A stretch of 63,016 bases of DNA, counting the filler, from Asterionella formosa (taxonomy: Eukaryota): NCBI GenBank assembly GCA_002256025.1. It is 26 parts of 26 records of this genome, joined end to end, with 100 filler letters (N's around TTAATTAATTAA, not from the genome) between each part and the next. Parts side by side here need not be neighbours in the genome. Positions count along the whole stretch, not along the records: positions 24,357 to 26,684 come from NKIB01015419.1; positions 26,785 to 29,118 come from NKIB01015420.1; positions 29,219 to 31,544 come from NKIB01015421.1; positions 31,645 to 33,970 come from NKIB01015422.1; positions 34,071 to 36,393 come from NKIB01015423.1; positions 36,494 to 38,816 come from NKIB01015424.1; 20 more parts are not named here. One strand, 5' to 3'. Positions 25,340 through 37,749 of the stretch are shown here, in pieces. Each line of letters begins with the position of its first letter. The first letter of the stretch is position 1. The notes under the pieces are model-generated. The model worked only from the letters and a program-made list of their open reading frames with translations, was not told the origin of the DNA and searched no databases. A program made the position numbers and the translations under genes.

Positions 25340-26118
25340 AAAAATAATCACGGTTTGGGGAAAATATATTCATTTATGGATAGAAAAATATGAAGTGTAA
25401 GCCACCGCTATGAAGAAATCTTAATGACTTTGAAAATTAGATCTTCATGGCTTTATACAATTAATCAAAACTGATTATTTATTCGTAGAATAGAGTGCAT
25501 TGTGTAGCATACACCTCGTACTTACATCAGCAAGTTACGGTAATTTTGTTGAACTAAGGATTTAGCTGTCTTTATCCTATATTAAATTGCTTATTCACTT
25601 TGGCCAGAAAAAATATTTTTGGAGACCTGAGGAAATTCCAGGAATTTCCTGAAGTTACCTTATGCATTTCCTTTGCTGGTTTTCCTGATATTTCCTAAAG
25701 TTTCCTGAAAGTCATAGTCATATCCTGAAATTCATAGGAATTTCCTGAAAGTCATAATGTTTTCCTGAAATTCATAGTCATATGCTTTGTATTCTCATTT
25801 TTGCAATTAGAAGAATTCCGCTATTTATTTCGCTGAATCGTGCTATGCATAGAAGTTGTCCTTTAGTACTATTTATGATAACAAATGACGCTGTCCGCTA
25901 ACACATTGTCCGTTTCAGGAAAATTACGGCAGCTTGCAGCTACAGCAACCTGATGTGGTCATTTTGCTTAAATAAGCAATTTAATATAGGATAAAGACAG
26001 CTAAATCCTTAGTTCAACAAAATTACCGTAACTTGGACGTTTCGATTGTAATTTTACTTGAATATCTTTAGTCGGAAGATAGAGTTAAATAACGGTGGCT
26101 TACAGTTTTTAAGTGGTA
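25340..26118. mobile_element. Repeat-element end shared with 43945-44220, here interrupted by a nested TIR element
   Basis: Colinear with 43945-44220, including the internal inverted repeat TGTAAGCCACCG..CGGTGGCTTACA and the common end TTTTTAAGTGGTA. Confidence 0.7.
25531..26035. mobile_element. 505-bp MITE with perfect 65-bp TIRs
   Basis: 25531-25595 is the exact reverse complement of 25971-26035 (CAAGTTACGGTAATTTTG...). Internal TTCCTGAAA repeats at ~25630-25780. Absent from the homologous site near 44140. Confidence 0.9.
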
Positions 26119-26364
26119 GCCTGAATTGCACCAAACAATATGCCCTTTGATGAGTGGTATAAGGGATGCATTACTACCCACAAGGGCCACCCTATTCTAC
26201 TTAGATCTGGTAATCCTGCATACGATTCAGTCTTACCATATTGTTTGGATAGAATTGGGATGGATAGTAGACAAGACTACTACTCAAGGCAACCTACAGA
26301 GCAGCGCCTACCTTGCTGGCTGGGTATGACAGTTGTGGCTGGGATCGCCTTCTGTCCATCCAGC

Positions 26365-26512
26365 ATTCCTTAATTGACTTGCAGACATTTACAATCATCC
26401 AGACTTCTATTTGTCTATTCTTCGCTTTGATGACTTTATTCCTTAATTGACTTGCAGACACTTAAAATCATCCAGATTTCTATTTGTCTATTTCTTCGCT
26501 TTGATGACTTTA
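26365..26512. repeat. Direct tandem duplication, ~73 bp
   Basis: attccttaattgacttgcagaca...ttcttcgctttgatgacttt occurs twice. Confidence 0.85.
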
Positions 26513-27827
26513 TGGACATCGAACAAGACCATTTTGAAGCAAATCATTTTGTCTTCAATGATGCTAGAAATATCCGAGCACTACTTTGCTCAAAAAGTCT
26601 TTGGGAACTCAGATGATAAATGGGTACATCTGTTCCTCTGGATCCATGAAGAATTCCCTGAGCTTTGACCTGTGTCACTCTTACNNNNNNNNNNNNNNNN
26701 NNNNNNNNNNNNNNNNNNNNNNNNNNNNTTAATTAATTAANNNNNNNNNNNNNNNNNNNNNNNNNNNNNNNNNNNNNNNNNNNNTGCTTGATCAAAAAGA
26801 CAAACAAGGATGTAACCACCATGACTCAAACTACCAGTACTGGTAGTCAAAAACGTCACACTTTTTCTGAAATCCTTGCTATTCCAGTATAGCCATGATA
26901 CTAAAGTAGGAGAAACAAAGGATGATGTCAATAGATTGACCACTTATTACTAAGTAAAATATTGGTGTAGTTTCTGATACTGTATGTTGTCCTGATATCA
27001 AATTGAGAAAAAGCATAAGATCATATTCTGATGCCATTAATGATTTCTTTAAAAATAGTTGAAAAAGAGATTGATGGAAATGCTAGAACAAGAAGGAGCC
27101 AAGAGCAATCACAGACAGTACAAAATGCCTGTGACAACAACATCTTGGTTCCCTCCTTGTCAAAAATCCTGCCAGCAATGATATCCAGTCACACTATCCC
27201 TCCCACTTCATACATGAATTTCTGATAGGCCGCTCTGTTAAAGATGCAAAATGATGAACAGAGAGCATTGTTATCATACAATCTCCGATTCCGAGATGTG
27301 GAAGGGCGAAAAATTCGCAGACAACATTGGTGGGAAACTGGCAATGTTCGTTCAGGAAGGTTGGCATAAGAAAGCAAGGAATCCGTTGGGGTCTCCTGGA
27401 TCTCCTTCATTGTAGAAGTGTAATCAAATAAATGTTTTGGTGGAATCATTATATGGATGATCAAATGGGGCGACAAAATGGCATCTGTTCTCCGGGGGAG
27501 TGAATGGCCTACTCATCAAGCTAATTGGGCGCTATCGCTTTGATGCTATAATCCGTTACCTCCATGTCGAGATGTCGAGACCCGTCCTGCCTGTTATGGC
27601 GGGCCTCTCTCAACTCATGCTGGCGGGCGGCGATTACCAGCTCCTTCAGGAAATCGCCACCATGCACCTACCCAACCCAACCAACACAACTGCTATGGCC
27701 TAAAAATGGGTGCCGAGACCAGCATACCGGTCTCGGATTCGGCCTAGTAAAGCCAAAATTACCCATAGCTGTGTACCCACGCTCGCATTTATGACGACTA
27801 AAGTCGCCCTTTCCATGGCCTTGTCTT

Positions 27828-27940
27828 GTCACGTGCTAGGAGTAGGTAAGGAGATTGTACGTGGTCACGTGCTAGGAGTAGGTAAGGAGATTGTAAGTGG
27901 GTACAGAGCTACGGGTAATTTTGGGTTAGGGTTAGGGTTA
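27828..27940 (+). repeat. 36-bp tandem x2 followed by a short interstitial telomere-like (GGGTTA)3
   Basis: gtcacgtgctaggagtaggtaaggagattgta.gtg at 27828 and 27864; gggttagggttagggtta at 27923-27940. Confidence 0.75.
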
Positions 27941-28316
27941 CAGAGCCATAGCGCCACTACCGGTAGTGCGTTTCAGTAAAAAATTGCTGCTCTTTCTGAA
28001 TCTATAATATGAATGGTGTGGATATATATACATGGCTCGCGGTTAAGGCGTGGGCACATTTGTTCAGTGGAAAACGTGTTTTTAACTATAAATGGTATCA
28101 ATATATTTATGGCTCGCGGTTACAGCGTGGGTATATTGCTTTAGTCGAAAAGTGTTGGCTTTTTATGAGTCTATATATATCTGGTTTGGATATGTATATA
28201 TGGCAAGCGGTTATATGTACATGTATATTACTCCAATACATTCGATGTGCAATTCCTCTCCCATCATACTGTTATCTGTTGCTCATATGGCGTGCTATTG
28301 TAATGTAGCTACGTCC

Positions 28317-29118
28317 TGTTACTAAACCCTTACATAGGAGGTATCCTTATCCTTTCTTGTATTGTTTATTTAAGGGCAAGAAATGGTCGTTTGCCTGTGG
28401 CAACACTATTCGAATTTGGTTATGATAAACCCAAACACAACCTCCAAATATTTTCAAAAGGTCACATCAGCCAGGTGCAATAAGTTCCAACAGTGGTACG
28501 CATTTTAGTGAATTTGTTACATCCATTGTCGAGCTCCCATCATAATGAATCGTAAGACAAAAGGTAAGCATCTGGATAAGGAGGATCGTTATGAGAAACC
28601 GCAAATTGACATGACTACCAAACCAGCCATTGACACGGCCACTACCTTGACAGCCTTATCGGCAAGGCGATTCAATCCCATTCCTCAAAAGCGTGCATTC
28701 ATAACTAAAACGCCGCGTATACAACGCGCCCTCAGGAGTGATGGGCCGGTCCAAACACCGGAGTTGCTAAAAAAAATACCAGGAGAGAAAAGGAAATTTC
28801 GACCTGATCCGGCTGAGGCAGACTCTGGATCATTGAAAGTTGCGCCATCGAAGGAGGAGGAGGAGGGTATTCCAGTGCTGCGGGAAGAGTTGAAAGCAAT
28901 ACGATCTGATATGGCGCAGATGATGGCTGTGTTTATGGGTGCTATGTCTAACTTTCAGCCTCAGTGTCAGGATGAACTTCAAACATTAACAGAAGCGGTA
29001 TTATCTCATGAATCGAAAGCCACAGTTGGACCAACACAACAGTTGTTTGAACCTGCACTGTGTCCTGTTTGTCAGGTGCAGTTAAACTTTCTGTCCGCTG
29101 CCACAGACCTACAGCTTC
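28317..29118 (+). mobile_element. Possible LTR retrotransposon 5' end (LTR end, PBS, gag-like ORF 28545->)
   Basis: ...CCAACA (to 28492), then TGGTACGC (PBS-like) and an ORF about 50 nt later that is open to the contig end. The LTR start is uncertain and no diagnostic gag motif is seen. Confidence 0.4.
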
Positions 29119-29218
29119 NNNNNNNNNNNNNNNNNNNNNNNNNNNNNNNNNNNNNNNNNNNNTTAATTAATTAANNNNNNNNNNNNNNNNNNNNNNNNNN
29201 NNNNNNNNNNNNNNNNNN

Positions 29219-31544
29219 ATACTGACCAACCATTGCGCCTAGATAGCGGCAAGGTGCGTTCCCTGGATCTTCAACAACCTTAAGTGTAAAATAACAAGCT
29301 AATTCTTTGACTAACTCATCAGCTGCCGCTGAAATGAGCATAACATCATCGACGTAGACCAATGCATATTCATAGTATGCTGAGCCATCCAGTTTTGTTG
29401 CTTTCCTCAACCACAGATCTGGATCAGCCTCACAAGCATAGAAATGCAAGTGATCACGTAACACAGAAGCCAGATGTGCCCGAAAGGCGGCACCAGCAGA
29501 CTTCAGACCATAAAGAGCACGAACAATCTTCAGCACACGACCTTTCAGCGGGCCAAATTCGTCCCCTGCCACAACATAATAACGCTCTGTCACAGGCGCT
29601 GTTAAATAAGCATTCCCAATGTCTGTCAGCCGTAGATTTAATCCATTTAGACCGGCAACCAACATGGCAATGCGAATTGTTTCCCTAGAAACGACACTTG
29701 AATATGTGATTGCCTTTGGGGGGTCAGTCCTATGACCTCCTGCGACATACCTAGCCTTGCGCGTGAAGTCCATCTTGACATCCCAGACTATATGTCCCGG
29801 AATCTTCTTGTACCCAGAAACGTGGGTTGCCTTTTCTGGCTGAACTTCAAAAGCTATCATCACTGCAGACATCTCCTTGCGGAGAGCATCCATCCAAAGT
29901 GTATTACCATTTTCATGGTCCAACCTTGCTGCATCGGGAATGCTACTTGGCATTTGGACCCCAAATTTAAAACCAGCTCGGTGGTGTCTACTCTGTGTTG
30001 CCTTGATGATTCGTTTCTTGCGTCTTAAGACCATTGGAACCCACCAATCAAAAGCAGGCTCAGTTTCGATTTGGTTCGCTTTGGCATATTCAGCAACTTC
30101 AATTGGATTTGTTTCCTTCAGAGTCTTTAATGGGAGCCAGGATGTAGATCCGTCCCTCCATTCGACTTCTAGATCCCAACCAGTTGTTGTCTTCTTCTTA
30201 TAATGTTTCCCGTTTCGCTGGAAGTATTGATCACTCTTCTCCACAGCCTTCCTTGAATCACGGCGATGGTCGACAATTTCTTTGAAGAGTTGGTACTGTC
30301 TACCCTCCTCGTCTACCTGACTGAGGAGATGCTCTGCCAATATATTGTATGCGCTTTGCTGTCGCTCACCATCTAAGAATTCGACCTCATAAACCCTGGA
30401 ATCTAACCTTGGAAACCTGTGCTTTCGCCCAACCAGGTTCCCGTTTGCATCCCGCTTTCGTTTAATGACCACTGCAATCATATCGCCCTCCTTGTGTGGA
30501 AGTACAACCTGAGCCTTGATCAGTGGATCGAAACTTGGACCATTAGGATCTTCTTCCAGATCTTCATCTGTAGGGAGAATGCCATCAGGGGTAGCCTCGA
30601 AGATCTCTTCTTCAGGCTCATCTACCTCAGACTGGAGGATAGCATCATTATCATGGACCCCAACATGCTCCTTTATCCTAGTCTCAAATTCTTTCATTTC
30701 ATCTCTCAGCATTGGATACTTTAAATAATCATCATCGACAATCGGCCTCACAGTCGACCGAGCGATGTACCGCCCATTCGCCTTAAGTACATAGTAACAT
30801 AAAGCTTGCCCAACGCTCTTGGAGGGGCCGAGCCATCTCCCGAGTTTCCGTCGGGCCAGGCCACTCTCGTCCATATCATTGGGATCATAGTAAATCACAA
30901 ACTGATAGAAATCGAAATCTGTATACTCCGAAATATCAGGAGTCTCACCTGTCATTACTTCATATGGAGATCGACCCTCAAGTGCAGGTCTAGACATGAG
31001 CTCACGGATGTTGGAGGTATATTCCGCTGCAAAACACCACAGCATGTCTGGACATCTGTACCTATTCATGATACGACGCCAATGCGTCTTGAATTGTCCA
31101 ATCTCGCTCTCAGCTCTGTTCATCCAGGGGCTGTGAGGCTCTGTTGTTGTGCGAGGAACTAAGTGGATCTTCCGGACTCTCTCGAACTCTGTGAAGTCCC
31201 CCGTTTCCGCAGCTGCATTGTCTGAGTGGATACCTAGTTCTGGAATCCCATATTGCCGGATGGCCGCATTGAATCTATCCCCACAATCTGCCTCAGAGCG
31301 CATTGGATACACCTTGGCCCAACACTGATCATTACAGAAAAGTTGTGCACATGTGTGTCCCCTCACCGACTTCACCTTGTCCTTGGGAAACATGGTATCA
31401 GTGTACCACCTAGTACGAAGGTGAGGGTATCGTAGCTGTCCTTGACGCGTACGAAACCGGCGGGAGAGCTCTTCCATTTGTGGGTAAAACCGAACTGCTC
31501 TTGTTGTAGATGCCTGCAGGGTACTCGCTGCAGTTGCCAAACTT
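29219..31544 (-). mobile_element. Ty1/copia (diatom CoDi-like) pol fragment: integrase, chromodomain-like insert, RT; uninterrupted frame
   Basis: Integrase YTDTMF / HSDNA / EPHSPWMNRAE; RT motifs DVKMDFTRKARYVAGGH, DIGNAYL, ALYGLKSAG and YVDD; integrase-before-RT order. Confidence 0.95.
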
Positions 31545-32700
31545 NNNNNNNNNNNNNNNNNNNNNNNNNNNNNNNNNNNNNNNNNNNNTTAATTAATTAA
31601 NNNNNNNNNNNNNNNNNNNNNNNNNNNNNNNNNNNNNNNNNNNNTTGACCGTATGTTTGGAGGAATGTGTATTAAACGTATTCATTACTTCCAATTGACA
31701 TTGAACCATTTCATTCATTCAGTTTTTAGTAAGTTTTTTTGGATTCCTGATTGTGTGTTTTTTGATTATATTTGTTTGCTTATTCTCTTCTCTTTTTAGT
31801 TGGTGAAACCGAAACTAACTTTACGGAGTATAATAAATCCGATTTTATTTTTTGGGATACTTCTCTGTATCAGTTTGTTAACCTGGACACTTGTAATCAT
31901 TCCTCCGAGTACAACTGGGCTTTCCTCCTATTATTAGCTCCTATCAGCTTCTTCCGAACAGGAATCAAGAGTCACAATCATTACTTACTGGGTCCAGTAA
32001 GATCCTTCAAGCACAGGCTCAGCAAGCAAGGAAAGTGTTTTCTTGAAACAGTTCATGCCTAGTCAATGGGTTGACGTTTTGCTGGAATGATGGAACACTG
32101 AAGTACTACAGAGAGCTTCTTGTTGATATTGAACAACAGAACGCAATCGAAAAGGAAGGAGTATCAAACAGTGAGGGTAAGCCCGACATTGAAGGTAGGC
32201 AAGACTATTTTCGTTTTCAAGAGTTGACAAGGCATGACTGGGATAATTACAATCAAGAACATAAAAAGTTTGTTTGGAATGATCCCATACCTTCGGATAC
32301 ATCCAAGAATGTATATTCTACCAACCTCCTTGACTTTGAAGAAGAGGATGAGGAACTTGGCGATAGTAGTTGGCGGTCATTCAAACATTTCACAAAACAA
32401 AAAGATGTTATCTTATAAATAGTAATTAATAGCGTTCAATTACATATAAAACATTCCTTATCTGAACCTTCAATTACAAATTTCATAAATTAGTCCATCC
32501 TGTTCCATCATGTTGCACTAAGAACAACGAAAACTTTTGACTACGACCACAACAGTGGTGCCTCCAACCAAAAACCCAGAAACTGAACAAGAACTTAGAT
32601 CGTCTGATTGGCTGGAGTCACTTAGAAAAGATGTCGAAAGTAGTATGAGCATAAATTTAGTTAGATTACTAGGCACCAACATCTATGAATAAAATTTGCA

Positions 32701-32982
32701 CATTCCCGTCATCCCCTTTGTCTCAATACCCGGTCGGAACATGACGTGGCTACTGTGAAACTATACCTATGACTACGTCAGCACTGTGAAACTGTAGATT
32801 TGCCCTACCAGCATTCCCGTCATCCCCTTGTTTCAATACCCGGTCGGAACATGACGTGACTACTGTGAAACTATACCTATTACTACGTTGGTACTGTGAG
32901 ACTGTAGGTTTGCCCTACCAGTATTCCCTTGTTCTTCCCCTTTGTTTCAATACCCGATCGGAACATGACGTGGATACTGTGA
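32701..32982. repeat. Tandem repeat, ~111-bp unit x2.5
   Basis: Units start at 32701, 32812 and 32922 (cattcccgtcatcccc..cggtcggaacatgacgtg..actgtgaa). Confidence 0.9.
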
Positions 32983-33970
32983 ATGAGGAAATGGAAACAC
33001 AGTGGTCCCTCAGGAAAACTTCACACAGAATTCGATCTTCTACAGGTGATAATGAAAGTGGCTGATAGCCATAACATTGATTTAATACCAGAACATGTTA
33101 AGGCACACCAAGACAATGACTGCGCTTATGAGGACTTGTCATGGAAAGCCAAATTAAACTGTGATTGTGACCATCAAGCCACAATGGTGCTGACCTGCAC
33201 ACAATGTCTTGGTTCTCTAGCACAAACATATCAACTACCTCCGGGACATTCAGCATCCCTGCAAATACGCAACACTGTGGTGACAACAAACATGCCAATG
33301 GCCATTCGCAATGCGGCATATCGTGATGATATGGAAAAGTATATAAAAAATATATAATTCAAATGGCTGGATGGGATACAAGAGAAATTTACGACATGGT
33401 GGATTGGACAGCAAGACACTAGGCAAGCAAAACACTCAGACATTCACGGAAAATGACAGTATTCAAGTTGTAATTTAATTTGTTGGCGACGTTTCGACAC
33501 CAGAGTAAATATGATAAGAGCATGGATAACAGATGTTTTCGATGTAAACGCCTCAACGAGGACATAATCATGTGATTACTTGCCCAGTTAATTAAGACTT
33601 CAGCACGGGAGGAGCTGCTACATCAGGCAATGGAGTCAGCTATCATGGGTCCAGGAGCATGTCACTATGTAGCTACAATAATGAAAGAGGGACTTAACCA
33701 ATGGCTAAATGGCAGGAGTTCTCCATGGGAAGGACCTATTCCCCATGCAGCGGACGTTGTAGGGAATTTGACTTTTGAGGCCTACCTGAATCAAATGGAT
33801 ATTGGGTGGGACCAAGCGTTCAAAGGCAAAGTAAGGAAATTGTAGGGAGTCGCAACGGTTACGCACAGCAAAGAAAAAGTGGATAGGGATGGCGTACTGG
33901 CGGAAAAGTGGAGCGCTAGGGTTATTTCAAGTTTATGGGATATGGCCATTAAGAGTTGGATTATACACAA
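32983..33970 (+). mobile_element. Non-LTR retrotransposon (LINE) remnant: RNase H C-terminus and downstream zinc-binding region, degenerate
   Basis: EFDLL..EHVKAHQD..LNCDCDHQA (RNase H), CFRC..ED..H..C remnant and QMDIGWDQAFKG, with several frameshifts. Confidence 0.75.
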
Positions 33971-34230
33971 NNNNNNNNNNNNNNNNNNNNNNNNNNNNNN
34001 NNNNNNNNNNNNNNTTAATTAATTAANNNNNNNNNNNNNNNNNNNNNNNNNNNNNNNNNNNNNNNNNNNNAGAATTCTGTATCGTGTTCTTATCGTGGGT
34101 TTTGAGATGCTGCAAGCAAGCTGGCAGAATGATTTACAGTACGACATCATATTTATCGTACCAGGAAGTCTTATAAAAAGGATACCGGTACGACTTACGG
34201 TATCTCGTATTCATCTACCGATACGGTACA

Positions 34231-36393
34231 GTAATTGGTAAAAATTAAACCCAAGATGTATTTTCCTGTAGGCCTCTCTTATGTGTCTACTGGGTCATTT
34301 TAATACTGGCACGGTTTTGATCTGAAATGCAAGTTGAAGGACCGTGTTACAACAACAACAGTATGTAGATATTCGAAAAATTAAATCATAACTTGAGGTT
34401 ATTATTATATTCAAACCACGCGTCAGACTTGATTTTGTGTGGCAAGTCTGGACGTGTTAAAATAACCAACCCTAAAATCACCTCTCTTTTATATCATGTA
34501 CATTTATGATGTATTATTATTGGTATGTTATCTACATATGTGTAGTATTTAGCTATAGGTACCCTCGTACCTGGTACCAGGTACCGGTATATTTTGTTGT
34601 TGGACAGAAAATTATACCCGTAGTGACAGCTAGTGCACTAGCAATCAAGTAACACCGTTTACACAGGCAGTGATCATGAATGTTTGTTATTTCGCTGTTA
34701 TTGTCATCTTGTTACAACCAAAACCAAACTCTCGTTTTTCTTTGCCTGTCTCATCCCTTCTAAATTTGAACTGAATTCGTTACCACATAATCTATACAAT
34801 CTCCTCCCAAATTACCAAAATCATTTATTCCAATTTAAGCATGTCATACACAAGTGGAAAATTCGCAGCTCAAGCAAAACAAGTTGCAGCAGACAATAAG
34901 GCTGGTTATCTGGAAAGCACCATTCTTGCTTGATTTTTCTTGCTACGCCTTTCCGTCCGAGGTGGATGGCATCCCATCTACAACAGTGACAGAAGAAAAG
35001 TCAAGTTCTTTGGCTTTCTATGGTATCAATCAAGACGTCATCAGCGACCCAGAGGACAACCAGGTCAATGTAAACCTGTGGAAGAACAATTATCAAAGGA
35101 TGATTATGAATCTGTAATTTCTAACACTGATTGGATTTCTGAGAAGCCAATTGGATATAGTGTACTCAATCAATATCAATCAGCCATCATAGATTTGCAT
35201 GCACAGCAACAAGATGGAGGATGCAACAACATACCCAAGGAAGTACAAATGTCTGGCCATGTGAAAAGATTGCTGAAGACAGTAAAAATGAGAAAGACAC
35301 AAATTGCAAAAAGCAGTTTTGATGAAAAATTGACAAGTGAATTCACGCCATACAGTGCTGCTCAAGATATCCCAAGATTTGAAAATTTTTTCTTTCAAAA
35401 AATTCGTTATCATCCAATTATTCAGTGGCATCTTTACGTGATCGATATTGTCTTTTGATGACAACAAATGGGATCTTAAGAGGCGAGTCACTCTTTAAGT
35501 GCGAACTTAGTGATCTTTGTTCCTTGTTACACAACAAGGATTAAAATATTCTAGAGGATATTTTAATTCATGTGATGCGCATTGCTACTGGGAAAGCAAA
35601 TGGGTTAAAGACTCTTTATGGACGTTTTATTCGACATTGTGATGTCAATGAGTGTGCTATTGGTGCTCTTGGATTTTATTTAATGGCAAGATTTATGCAA
35701 AGTGGAGAAGCAGAATCATTTGATTTTACTTCAAACAAAGCCTGGTTCAATATTAAGCTGTTGACAGATTCTCAGGGCTTTGACAAGCAACACTATTTCA
35801 GTAACTGATCAGGCATATGCAAGTGACACGAAGAATGATTGCAGACACCTTGGCATCAATTCAAAACATTTCGTGCATTTTGGTCGATAGACTGGTTCAG
35901 ACAAAGCAGAATTGGATGAACTTGATGGCTATAATATCAATGACCTTAGAAATTGGAATGTGGATACTCGACGTGATGTTTATTCAGCTAAACTGCCAAT
36001 GAAAGCCATGCGTGTTATGGCTGGCAATCAGAAGAAAAAGGAAATGTTTTTTGCCATAAGATCACATCAAACCTTCAATGACCCTGCAACAAACAGTCTT
36101 TCCATTTATTGAAAAAGGAATTGAATCTATTGATGCAGCTACCAATTCTACCGCCTGTGCTTTTCTTAATTTACTCTCTTGCCTCCGTGTCGTCATTCTG
36201 CAAGATGCAGCAACAATGATATTGAATGGTCGGGGTCATTTTTTGTTCACATTGGATGTGTTCAACTGTGAAGAGTTCAAAGAATTTTTAAAGAATATGA
36301 GTCATCATCTGGATTTGGTTCAGGATCCAGTGGATCTTAGAATAGACTCTATTTTACCTGGTTTCAGAGATCGATTTACAAATTTGCATTCTG
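34231..36393 (+). mobile_element. Crypton-type (CryptonF/Ndc10-II-like) element, defective copy B
   Basis: Near-identical to 2658-4781. Retains RNWN..DVYS (W and the putative catalytic Y) but has stops and frameshifts. Confidence 0.8.
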
Positions 36394-36965
36394 NNNNNNN
36401 NNNNNNNNNNNNNNNNNNNNNNNNNNNNNNNNNNNNNTTAATTAATTAANNNNNNNNNNNNNNNNNNNNNNNNNNNNNNNNNNNNNNNNNNNNACCAGTA
36501 CCTGGCACCGGTAGGGTTACCCAGGACCTGGTGCTCAGTATTCCTACTCCGTACGGATACCAGTATACAGGAAGCATCGGCCAACACCCAAGAAAATGCT
36601 TCATGTGTATCCAGTGTGGCCAGTTTGGGATTGATAGACCTCGCAAACCATGCCAATCAAACGGATATAAGTATAACCAATCAGAATATGAATAATATGG
36701 TGGGCACTGACAATGGAACTTTTTGTACAGGTGATACCTCAAGCTAGGGGGCTGGAACCTTAAGGTTCCTGCATTTCAAGCCTGGTTTAGAGGTAGGGCT
36801 TAAAAAATGATATTGAGTCAGAGTACTCAAACACACACTTTGTACGAGTAAAGCATAAATGTGTATCGCTAAACGGAGCTTTCACCAAAATACAACCTTT
36901 CCATATGCTTAGATGCAGTCTTCTGAAAAATTAGGGGTATAGGTCAACGCTATATATCTTCGGGA

Positions 36966-37108
36966 TATAGGATCTGGCGAAAAACTGCAGAAAGGAACTT
37001 CGGTTTTTAAACTATGCTATAAAGACTAGAAATTTCGGGGGAAATCACTTTATTTGGCATAGTAAAAAAACCGAAGTTCCTTTCTGCAGTTCCTCACCAG
37101 AAGTTATA
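36966..37108. repeat. Fold-back inverted repeat (~140 bp)
   Basis: Perfect 26-bp arms at 36983-37008 and 37066-37091, with imperfect extension inward and outward. Confidence 0.85.
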
Positions 37109-37749
37109 CACTAATGCTATTTAAAGGTTACCTATGTATCTAAATCGGCTTCAGACCCAGCCAACGTTGAGCTATCGTCGTCCGAAAATTCGACAAAATC
37201 GGCCTTTTCTATGGTCTCCAAAACATCGGAATCAGAACCACTCAGAGCCGAAACGTCATCATCTGAATCAGAGTCTGCTTGTGATGCAACATTTATTCGT
37301 AAAATTTCCTGTACCAAAACTTCCATTATAAGTGCGCGCAGTTTTATAAATGTACTGATTGGCTATCGCGAACTACTTACTTCTGTTTGATTTCACGAGG
37401 GACACACACCGGTCACATTCTTGGATGCACATGTAACATTTCCTTGGGTGTACTGGTAGGCCATCACTTTGTCAAGTGCAGGTACCAGTGAATGATCATC
37501 ATTGGACATTATATGTGTGGTACCTGGTACCATTATTACCTTCACATTTATAGCGCCTTTAAACTACTCTATTTGTGATAGGGCAGCCAGCATGGCGCTT
37601 CCTGGCGTGAACAGCCTGGGTGTTCTTAAATACTAACCCTCCTGATATCATCATAACATGGTATGTATTGACTTCTGGCGCTGTCAAGCGGGGATGTGTT
37701 GTGGTGTGGTGGGACTCTATCAACCTGCTATCGATGTGTGGAGTAGTGC

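Noticed and set aside
29362..31435. Multiple plus-strand ORFs over the copia pol
   Set aside because: Antisense shadows of the real minus-strand frame.
32701..32982. Hammerhead ribozyme in the tandem repeat
   Set aside because: GAAAC is present but the CTGANGA core is absent.
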